Assembly (NCBI RefSeq): GCF_009914755.1
Contig: NC_060934.1
Source of the DNA: the human T2T-CHM13v2.0 reference genome, Homo sapiens
DNA: 64,000 bases
Strand: one strand, 5' to 3'
A program made the translations under genes and the position numbers. The notes beneath the pieces are model-generated. The model saw only the letters and a list, made by a program, of their open reading frames with translations. It made no database searches and was not told the DNA's origin. The first letter of the stretch is position 1. Each line of letters opens with the position of its first letter. Shown here in pieces: positions 53,530-64,000 of the stretch.

Positions 53530-53955
53530 CCACCATGTGACCACCCTTAATCAATAGTGGTCTGATGGGGCCAGCTGCTCTCTCAGCACTAGGAGTGGCA
53601 CAGGAGCCAGGCTCAATCAGGTAGAGGGTTCTTTCTCATGGGTGAGGAGATTCTTTCCAGGATAGGCACATAACCCAAAGCAGGCCACGGATTCCCAGAT
53701 TTTGTTGGAACTTACAGGAAAGAGAAACTCTTTCTTTTGTCTTTGAAGATGGTGAGGTACAGATGTGGGGGGCTCCTGGGAGGCCACCACGTGGAGAAAC
53801 CAAGAAACAAAGCTGAGATAGAAATTTCTGATGAGAAGTTTGAACACCTGGATCTAACCATATATGAAACCATATACCTTGAGCTCATTAAAGCCCCCTG
53901 CTCTTTTTAAACTTCAAGCACTTTGAGGTGGATTTCATGACTTACCATCAAAAGG
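53530..53955 (+). mobile_element. MLT1J/K-like LTR
   Basis: ggaaagagaaactctttc...gaggccaccacgtggaga...tttgaacacctggatcta...tttgaggtggatttc. Confidence 0.65.
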
Positions 53956-56900
53956 ATAATCTTATTTTCCTGAACTGTTCAACAAGGGAGATTCTACAAC
54001 TTACCCTGGAAATGTAGCAAGTGGTCCCCATAGAGTCATTTTGGTCAAGAATTCTTAATTGTGTGTGACTTAAATTTCATTTTCTGACAGTCTCTCTGTA
54101 ATGTAAATAACAAACCAACCCTACTTGCCCTCTCCCCAAATCAAAAAATCCTCAAACCCAGGAACAAAATTTTGATTAGTCTACTCTTTCCAAAGACACC
54201 TTCATCTACTTGAACATCAATTTTCAATGGTCCCTTCAACCTTCTCTTTAAATACTGTCTTTATTATGCAACTTTGAAATGATCTACCTGTAGATATGTA
54301 TGGCAAGTGTCAACACTAGTGAGCCATGAGAATTTGTCATAGCAGCGATCTCACAAGCATATCTTGAAGGTTTTCCTGTGGTTTCATCCTGGCATCTGGT
54401 CCTGAAAGACGAAGATGGATAGGGAGCCACATGGTGGCTGTTCACTGGCCCCAGGAAAGGCCGTGCTTGTTTCCCCTCCCGAGACTACTTCCATAGACCG
54501 AGACAGGTAACTGCAGTTACCCAGTGACTGGAGGAGATGGAGAAGATTCCAGTAGAACCAGCCAATCTAAACCCAGGTCCTTCTCTGTGAAGTCACCTTT
54601 GCTACACATCAGAGACCATGGGGCTGCTGCTTTCTCACCAATCTCTCTCCTGCTCTCACCTCTCTCCTCCCAGCCTGGGGATGGAGAAGCCATAGCAAGC
54701 ACCCATATGGCTCACATTTTCTTCTCCTCAAAACCTCTCCCCATAGTTCTGTCTGAATCTGAAAGTGACGGCTCCAATTAAGACACAGGAAGAAAAGAAA
54801 TATAATTTCTAAGTCACTTGGCCTGGTGACATATATGTTGGGAGTTAGGAAAGTCAGTGTGCGGCTTCTCTACCATCCCAGGCGCTGCAGTCAAACAAAT
54901 CAATTCAGCCTTCAGAGGGGCATCCATTGCCTTGTGATTATGTTTGTGTAAAGTCTTGGGGTCTTTGATCAAAGAATGGCATTTCAGGCCAGGTCCTAAT
55001 CCTCACTGCCTTAAGATGTTTAAATGGGTTAAAAAAAAAAAAGTTGATAACAGCTGGGATTTAAATTTGCCTTTGCCCAGCTTTTGTTTTGAAAGGACTT
55101 CTATTATCCGTGGCTTCCCTTTTCGAGGCAAAGATGGATCATTGGGTAAACCAAAAAGGGAAAGAGGATATGGGAGGAAATGGGCGGGGACTCTGAATTA
55201 ATCTTCTGAGGAAGAATGTTTGATCAGCGGGGAGGAGGGGATGAAAACCTCTGATGCTGACAGCAGGCACCTTTCTGATGAGGGTGTGATTGGCACCTTT
55301 GAAGCTTCAGTCAGGAGCCAGTGTCCAGTGGGTCAGAGCTTCCTCTGTCTGTGGGTGGTGGAGGTAATAATGAGGCAACTGGAAGGATTAATTGCGGACA
55401 AGCAGCAGGATTACGAGGAGGGCTTCTCAGCTCCAAAAGGAACAGTTCGAGGAAAGCCTCTGATCTGTCAGCCTTAGAGGAAATTAGTGGGAGCAGACTC
55501 GAGCAGGCTTAAAAAAAGGCATTTAGGATATTAAAGCGAAATGTGAAGAGGATATTAAAATAGGGCAAAAGGGCAAGGAGCGCTGATCTTGAAAGGCGGG
55601 TGTCTCCCTCTTATTACTAGGAATTTCCAAGTTTTGCCCAGATTTCACAGACACCTTATTTTTACAGTCCAGCAGAGAGATTTTACTTGCATTGCAACAA
55701 GTTAGGGGAGGGTCAGACTGGATTTGAGGTGGCACCCAAGGTCCTGTACAAAACTTGTTTGCTGTCCACCCTCTGGCAGTTTCAGAAGCTCCTGAAACTA
55801 AGGCTCCTGGTATAATTTTACAACAAGCCAGCGCATTACTGACATCCTATCTGCATTAGCTATCTGTTGTATGTTTTACTTCTTACCCTTCTGGTTCAAG
55901 TCTGGATGCTGCCAATAAATCCTGTGTTACCATTAAAGAGGCCATTCATCACGCTTCCTAATGCGATTAATCAAGATACACCACAGTACCCTTAAAATGA
56001 GATCATTTTGATAAATCATGTATGACATGAAAAGACTTTATTCCTTTTAAGTGCAATTTAGACTGTAATTTTTTTCCTCATTTATGATTCATGGGAGAAA
56101 CATGGATAAAATTCCCTTGCACAGTTACACCTTATCTACAGCAATAACTCAAAACTGCTTTTAGATGAAAATTCAGGGTCTTATTCACCAAAGCTGAATG
56201 CCAGCTCATTATTTTCTGGCGTTCAGTAGTCCAAAAATAATGTCCGCACATTAAGCGGCATTCTCAAAAAAGTTGGAATTGGCCAGGCACCAGGCACATC
56301 AATTACACTCCATCATCCTTAATAAGGAAGAAATATCAGATGTCCTCTTGGAGGTTTTTTGAATCAGTAATGCTCAGCCTTTACCTTCCCAATTTAGAAT
56401 GATTGGGAAACAAAAATGGTAGTAACAAAAAAAGTATGGGAATTTCAGGGCCTTTACATGACTCTTCTCCTGTTGCATAAGTCTCAAAAGAAGTATTTTT
56501 TTCCCTCCCATGCGGTTCATGCTTCCTTTTCCATTCCCCTTTTCTCATTTCACAAAGGAAACTACCATTTTGTTAGGTCTGAGTTTTGTTTCTAAGCTGC
56601 TGTATCTGTGATGCAGGCTTTCCCCTCACAGCTGTCACAATAATTTGGGAAACGATATTCATAACCTCCAATAGAAAAATAATTTGAAAATGTGCCTTCT
56701 GGTGAGATCCATCAAGTTTAAGGCCATATTTTTGGTTAAAAGGGAGACACTGATGCTATTCATTAAACTGAAAAATGGCTTGTTTTCCACTAATATTGAA
56801 ATAAACTCTGGATGAATGTTAAGTCATGCTGGCATGCACTCTTATTGAAAGCAAAAGGAAAACACAGATATATTTAATTTGGACATGTAAAGTCAACAGA

Positions 56901-58183
56901 GTTTTAGGTCTTTCATGAGAAAGGGAATCAGGAAGATTGGCTGAAACAAATGTGAACAATTAGAAGTTCATTTGCCTCTTGCAAAGAGTGAGAGCATTTA
57001 AAGAGAGATTCAGTGTCTGAGAATTATAGACTCACTTGCATTTTTTTTTCAACCCCTGGTACCTATGAATAAAGAAATAAAGACTTGATCAACATGTAAT
57101 TTATTTCCCTGCTGTTCTTAGAGATTCATTTGGGAAGCAGAACAAAAGCCAGTATTTGACTCTGTTTTTAAGTAACCCAAGAATGCACATGTATCCTATT
57201 CATGCCCACTTAACATAAATGCAGCAAAACTCAAGTTTATTTGGGTTATCACATTTATGCTAATGCTCTGTACTTTAATCGGATAGAAACTGACATAAAA
57301 CAAAAGTTCCTTGCATATTATTCACACATTTAAATGAAATTTCCTGTGCTTTTAATTTTTTTCTAATATGAAGAGTCAATTAAGAATCTAAGGCCATTAA
57401 GGCTGCACTTGCCTTGTTTAGGTTTCCATTTCACATTTATGACTTTCTATTTTTGTGAAAAAAGATCTGTAAATTTGAAAAATATGCACGTATCTCATTA
57501 AAAAAGTTTCCCAGCTCTAGCAACACTCAGCAAATCTCCAAAGAATGCAAGTTTAAAACATAAATATTTTAAGGCCCCATAAAATTGGCAGTAAATATTT
57601 TTCCCCCTTTAATACCATGTTCATTTCATTCCAATTTACTACCACGATTATATTTTCCAAAGTGGCTTTTAATACAATACACAATTATTTCATATGGGGT
57701 TGGGTAGGTCGCCTCATTAAGCCTGCAAAGATCAGGCCTCTTGTGATCCCCACAAATATACTTGCATTTACTCCTAATTAAAATGGCCCTCTTAAATTGT
57801 CTCAAGTTTATTAATATAAATAAGAAGCTAAGCAAAATAGCCACAGTTGAACAGTTAGCAGGGCAAGATGACCAGGTCCCCAAACCTCACACAGAGCAGA
57901 CTGTGGTATGTATGCAGTGGTGCCCTGCCACCTGTTGGCTCTGCTTACACATAACAGGGTATTGATGTCCCTCATGGTGGTGCAGTAACCCTCTCTGACC
58001 CCTATCCCTAGTTCATCATCCCCAAGAGAAAAGAAGAGGCCTTTGAGAATCCCAGGCCTCCTGATTTCCCCCATCATTCATTTCCTTGGCTACATGTTTC
58101 TCCTGCTAATGCTAAAAATTTATGGCTGAGCACATTAAGGGCAGTGCGAGTCCTTCCCTACTTCTGGATTATATCAGAGTTTC

Positions 58184-58433
58184 CTGTCATAAGGAAATCC
58201 AAGATGTGTCCTCAGCTGATTGCATGTGACAGTGTCTGCTTATATCTCAGGAATCTGAGGCATGATGGATAAACTGTCAGTTTTGAAGGATGATATTTTC
58301 TCCATATTTCCATTATGAACTGGGCTGTCATCTCCTAATAAATTTCTTGCATTGGTATCAATTTATTTTTACAAGCAGAGGGTCTGATGTATTTGGGAAA
58401 GGCACTGACAGCAGATCTGGCCTAGCCTGACAG
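58184..58433. promoter_or_regulatory. Candidate TALE (MEIS/PBX-HOX) enhancer
   Basis: Six TGACAG/CTGTCA and two TGATNNAT motifs in 250 bp of sequence with no recognisable repeat; function is inferred. Confidence 0.5.
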
Positions 58434-59059
58434 AGCTGGCTTCAACTCATTTTGGAAAAGTACTTTGGTTCCAAGGACAGAACTTGACCCGTAGCCCTCA
58501 AGATTAAAAAAAACCTCCGTGAGAGGAAAAGAGACACATGAGGCAAGTTCCTTCTTTTAAGCCAAAATAAATCAAGCCCTTAGGACTACCATGACATAAT
58601 ATCATTTTTAAGACAGTCCTACAAACCCAGTTGAGATATGCCACGTGTAGCCTTCTCGTCTGAGTTAGATGAGACCATCTAAATGTTGTTAGAGCATCAC
58701 AATAATGCAGTGAATTGATGGATGAATTCGGATTATAATGAAGCTAGGGATCTCACAATTTTTGCTCCCAGAAGGGATCTCAGTAGTGCTCTTCTGCTTG
58801 ACAAGTGAGAAGCAAAATTAATTCATATAATGCCTATTTAATTATGAAATATGGGCATGTCTCTGTCATGGCTACTGTGAAGGGCAGAAAAAGCTATACA
58901 ACATGAGCTTTACCTCTCAAGAAACTTAAAGTCCAGTTGAAGAGATAAGATATTAAACAAAATTAGAGTGAAGTAAGAATAAATCATAGCTAACATCCAT
59001 GAGCAGTGGCTAAGATGGTTGTTTCTTACCCTTATTTAACATTTACCTTTATTGGGAAG

Positions 59060-59340
59060 GGAGGCAGCATAACATTGTAATTGCCAAGACAGCAGCAACT
59101 GGAGGCAAACTGCCTGGATTTGTGTCCCAGCTCTGCCAAGGAGTAGTTACCCAAGAACTTAAGTGAGAGCTTTGTCAGGGGACTTAATTTCTCTGGTCCT
59201 CGGCTTCCTCATCTGTAAAACAGAACTAGGAGTTGTGACTCCTCGTGAAACTTTGTGAAGATTGAATAAATCAATACATGGAAAGTGTTTAACGCAGTTC
59301 TCGACACAAAGTAAGTACTAATTAAAAATGCTAATAAACG
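59060..59340 (+). mobile_element. MIR
   Basis: cccagctctgcc...ttcctcatctgtaaaa...ttgtgaagattgaataaa. Confidence 0.75.
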
Positions 59341-59647
59341 TTAGCATTTTTAAACTATCATTATCATGATTGTGACTATTATTACCATTATCACTGTTAG
59401 TCAAAATGTGGCTTAAAGAGTTTAAGTCAATTGCCCAAGATGGAGCCTGGCTCTAAATCTTGATCAATAAGGCATCAGAGCACAGAAAACAGAGAGTTAA
59501 ACAATATACAAATTGTGAATTAGTCAAGAACAGAATCCTTGAAGCTTAGTTATTTTTCTTACTGTTCTTTCCATTCCTAGACTATAAAATAGCCCTTTCT
59601 CCATTGCCTGAAACATACTTTAGAAGCTAGTTGAAAAGTGTTATATG

Positions 59648-60811
59648 TAGTGGTGTGTAGGTAAATGCTTAACAGCCAAGTCTCTGGGAAAAAAAGTGTG
59701 TGTGTATACACATGCATATATAATATATTGCATTTTTTAGTTATATAAATGATGTGTAGAACACAATTAAAAGTAAATAACAATTGAATATATAATACTG
59801 TTTCTAAAAAATTCCATACAATCACTTAATTGTCACAGATACTTTCAATGATTTTGGCCAAACTCTTGTATCTCGTATCTGTGGTTGCAACTGATGAACA
59901 ACTGTAGTTCCCACTTGATATTCCTTTATCTTAATGAGTATGTCAGAACTTTACTCATTTGTTAATGACATAAGAAACTACTTTGCTGAACTGGATAATA
60001 GTTTTTGAATATTGGAAGAATATTTTTTCAATTTTTTTGTGCTATTCACAATGCCTTGCAATACCCAACAAAGCAACTTCTCAAAGAATTAAGAAAAGAT
60101 TATTAAATGAGAAGGAATATACTAATACCACAGGTAATTTTTATAAAGGCAGAACATCCTATCTATAAATAAGCAATTATATTTAGCCAAAGAGGTATGG
60201 AGCACAAGTTAATATTTTGCTACCATTAGGCTACGACACAACATCCTTTTTTTGTTGTTGTTTTTAAGAAATGGAATTTTGCCATGTTGCTCATGGTTGG
60301 TCTCCAACTCCTGGGCTCAAGTGATCTGCCTACCTTGGCCTCCCAAAGTACTAGGATTACAGGTGTGAGCCATCGTGCCCAGTCACACAACATTCTTTTA
60401 GGTTCTATCTGCAACATTAACATTTTCTCCATCACTTTAAGTTTAGCAAATAAGCACACCAATGAATCAAGCTCTCACTTGCAGCATTTGCCAGTTTCTG
60501 CTGCAAATACTCCCACAGTGGCCAATGTCAAACTACAAAGTGCCATCACTGAAGAGTTGGAAAGTGACTGCACATCATTATATAGTATTTTTATCATACA
60601 AATTCAGTAGACTCAATTTCAAGAGCATAAATAACAGTAAAATTTTGTAAAATAATTAAGAAGTGAGGAGTCTTGTTAAATAAGGTAATTTATTCAAGTT
60701 TAAGTGTATATAATTTTAAATAATACCTGTGTTTAACAACTGACCAAAGTTGCTGAAACCTTAATAATTACTTCTTGTAAGCCAGTACAGGTTAACACTT
60801 ACACACCACTG
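59648..60811 (-). mobile_element. MER63C/D-like (hAT-Blackjack) DNA transposon with both termini
   Basis: TIRs TAGTGGTGTG...CACACCACTG; 8-bp TSD gttatatg/gttatttg; internal aaatactcccacagtggccaat MER63-like sequence. Confidence 0.85.
60250..60384 (-). mobile_element. FLAM_C inserted in MER63
   Basis: Single left-arm monomer; TSD acacaacat(c/t)cttt at 60236-60249 and 60385-60398. Confidence 0.88.
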
Positions 60812-61039
60812 GTTATTTGAACCCAAAAGGCCAAAGAGATCTGAAACACTAATTTGTCTACATCGCACAGCTAATTCTTTCATGTATTATTAAATAAGTT
60901 GATAGTTTTATTTACTTAGCACGCCACAAAACGTGTTGCATATTACCATGAGTTGATTCATATCTCACTACCAATATATTACCTACCTTTGTATGTGCAC
61001 TAAATAAGCCTAGGAGGGTTTTCTTTGCCAGGCACCTTT

Positions 61040-62700
61040 GAACATCAAGTTCATTGTACAGTGCTTAGGATTCAGGCTATGGAATCGAGCTGTGTTATTT
61101 CTCAATTCCGGTCTCCACATACTAGCTGGGTTTTCTTGGACTAGTACTATAACCTCTCTCTAAATCTCAACTGCCTTACCTATAAAGTGGTAATGTTAAT
61201 GGTACTTGTGATGGCAGCGGCGGCCTGTCTGGAGCAGCCGCTTCGAAGATTAGCTTCAGTGGGGCAGGAAGGGCTGGTGGGAGCCAGGAACAGACAAGAG
61301 CCCCACCCCCTACCCAGTTGAAGGGGCGGGAGCCCGCACTCCTTGGTGCAGCTGCAGCTTCCCAGCCGCACTCTGGACCCTGGCATCCCTGTGCTCTCAG
61401 GGGCCTGGGAAGCCCCTGCCCCAGCGGGCTTGGAAGTGCCTGCTCCTGCTCCCGGGCCTCTCCCTGCTCCCGGTGCCCACTCCAGTGCAGAGCAAAGTTG
61501 TGGCCAAGCCCGAGGGCTGTCGTGACTCAGCTGCGTTTGCGTGCACTCAGGGCAGCACTCACACGCTAGCGCCCCCTGCTGCCTTGGCCCCCTCCAGACT
61601 TTGGGCGTCAGTGAGCGCAGGAAGCAGCCCAGGGGGTGCTGAGGGCAGCTCCCTGCGGGCCTGTAGACACCCCTCAACATGAACAGCCTGGGCAACGTGG
61701 AAGGCAGACAGGTCCCTGGGCGGAAGGGGGTGGGTGCCCAGTGAAACCCCACCTTCAAGCCAGGGATGGCTTGAAGCCTGGGGGCCGGGCTGCCAGTGCC
61801 GGGTGGAGTCCCCCTCCTGGAGTGAGAATTTATGATGCTTTTTCCGGCTGGCCCATGGCAGCCCATGGACCAATCAGCACTCACTTCCTCCCTTTGAGCC
61901 CATAGACACCCTCCCCACTCCAATGACCTGCCTGCAGAAAGGAGCTACATACACACTGTGGGTCTTCTGAGAGCTATTCTGTTGCTCAGTGAAGCTCCTC
62001 CCTGCCTTGCTCACCTTCCAGTTGTCCACGTACCTCATTCTTCCTGGATGCAGGACAGGAACTCAAGATCCGCCAATGGCCAGACTAAAAGAGATTTAAC
62101 ACAAACAGGGCTGAAACACGCCTCTCCGCCTAACACGTTGCAGGTAATGAGAAGGAGAAGAGCTGCGGCCCTTCAGGGAGCCCAGACCTAGGGGCTCTCC
62201 AAGTCAGGGCTGTGACGCCCTCTTTAGGGCTCTGTGGTTCCTGGCGTCTCCCAGCTTCCAGGCACCACAGCATTCCCTGGTGCCCATGGTGGAAGCTACT
62301 TGCAGGACGCCTGGTCCATATGCAGCCTCTCTTGGAGCCAGCGCCTATACTGGCACTTGGAGCTGCCTGCCCCACCGCAGCCAGCACACCTGGCCGTGCG
62401 CTGTGGCCGAACCCCGTGCTCACTCACACACCCCTTGCCACTCCATGCCTGGCTCACCCTTGACAGATGTGGGATCTGGGCCGGTAGTGCCAGCTGAGCG
62501 CAGCCTGCTGGGCCAAGTGTGTGGAATGAGCCCAGTGAGGCTAAGCAAAACTCAGGCAAAGGCGCCACGGGCCACAGACATTTCTGACTAGAAAACTGAC
62601 ACCCTAAGGATCCTGTGAGACTTGCATTATAAGGCTATTGAGAGGGTTAAATGAAACAATGTTTATAAAATGCCTGCATATAATTAATGCCAGAAATGTG
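61040..62700 (+). mobile_element. MIR split by the MER52 insertion (61040-61208 and 62621-62700)
   Basis: MIR core before the LTR (aacctctctc...ctataaagtggtaat) resumes after it (aggctattgagagggttaaatga). Confidence 0.65.
61209..62620 (+). mobile_element. MER52-family ERV1 solo LTR (1412 bp), GC/CpG-rich
   Basis: tgatggcagcggcggcctgtctggagc start; ggaccaatcagcac CCAAT region; ...aaggatcctgtgaga end; perfect 4-bp TSD cttg at 61205-61208 and 62621-62624. Confidence 0.9.
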
Positions 62701-63129
62701 ATGTACACACACCCACATTACTTGGAGGTTATATTACATTACATTCTGATTATGTTCTATGTTTGAATATATGACACAAACTAAATCTTCAGCAAGAATT
62801 AATTAGCAGCAAACTATTAATTTGTGCTCCATCATACTTCTTTGGATAAAGATAATTATTTGTTTGTAGATAGGATATTCTGCCCTTATTAAAACTACCC
62901 ATGCTATTAGTAAATTCCTTCTCATTTGATAATCTTGTCTCAATGCTTTGAGAAGTTGTCCTGTTAGGTGCTGCAAGGCATTCACTGTCAAATTAGGACT
63001 GGCCCCTACCATCTTGCAAAAGAGACAGGTGCCCAGTGGACAGTGAAGCAGGGGAGAATAGAGTAATGGTCAGGAGAAGGGCATCATGAAAACCTGAGGG
63101 CTCCAATGCAGAGAGAGTGTGGGGCTACG

Positions 63130-63290
63130 GAAACAGTTTGGGCTTTAGGAGTCAGGCTGATTTGGTTTCTAATCACACTCTGGACTTTAGAACTGGATAG
63201 CCTTGTACATGTTACTGATCTTTCCTAAGTGTCAGTTTTTTTCATTTTTCAAATGAGAGGAATATAGGACATATCTCATACATTGGATAA
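63130..63290 (+). mobile_element. MIR
   Basis: ggctttaggagtcagg...tcagtttttttcatttttcaaatgag. Confidence 0.6.
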
Positions 63291-63577
63291 CCATTAGCGT
63301 TTACCATATATTCAAGAAATATTAAATCCTGTCACACACTTTGCCTCCTTTCTTTACCATCTCCTTCTTTTTCCTCAACTCGTATTTTTCCTCCCTTTTT
63401 TCATCTCTCCTCAACCTCTGATAGGACAGATTGAAAAATATTTGATGGACTAGGCATTATTTCGTATCAGCCATTGTATATGAGTAGTGTTTTAAATTCT
63501 AAATATTGTAAATTATAAGAAGTAATTATATGTTAAATAAAGTTTACAACTCCAAACATCCTTAATCACATTGCTAG

Positions 63578-63908
<331 letters not shown>

Positions 63909-64000
63909 TAACTACTACTTATTCCTAATTTTATGTAGTTAAAAACCACAACCTATGTATTATTTTAATGTTTACCATGTTGACTTAATGCTAGGTAATT

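Noticed and set aside
61180-61923. 247-aa ORF and the overlapping ORFs to 62591
   Set aside because: Almost entirely within the GC-rich MER52 LTR, where stops are rare; low-complexity P/G/A peptide with no recognisable domain.

Overview
This is primate (human-like) non-coding genomic DNA, AT-rich and CpG-depleted. I could not support any protein-coding exon; the ORFs I checked come from Alu, L1, LTR or microsatellite sequence, or look like chance ORFs. A large part of the window is interspersed repeat: 10 Alus plus 2 FLAM monomers (most with readable target-site duplications), old L1M fragments, MaLR/ERV1 solo LTRs (MLT1, MSTA, THE1, MER52, MER39-like), hAT DNA-transposon relics (Zaphod, MER63) and many MIR/L2/CR1 remnants. 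All repeat family names are from recalled consensus sequences, not from a search. The main observations are: (1) a full-length U6 snRNA copy fused at its 3' end into ORF1 of an old L1MA element that also lacks its RT region, all nested in an MLT1 LTR; (2) an unassigned 84-bp ungapped inverted-repeat pair at 51.3-52.0 kb; (3) a scrambled L1/L1/LTR junction joined by microhomologies at 34.1-34.7 kb; (4) several repeat-free blocks dense in PBX-HOX and MEIS motifs, including six TGACAG sites in 250 bp at 58.2-58.4 kb, suggesting enhancers of a developmental locus; (5) a short interstitial telomeric repeat. The host gene or locus could not be identified from sequence alone.
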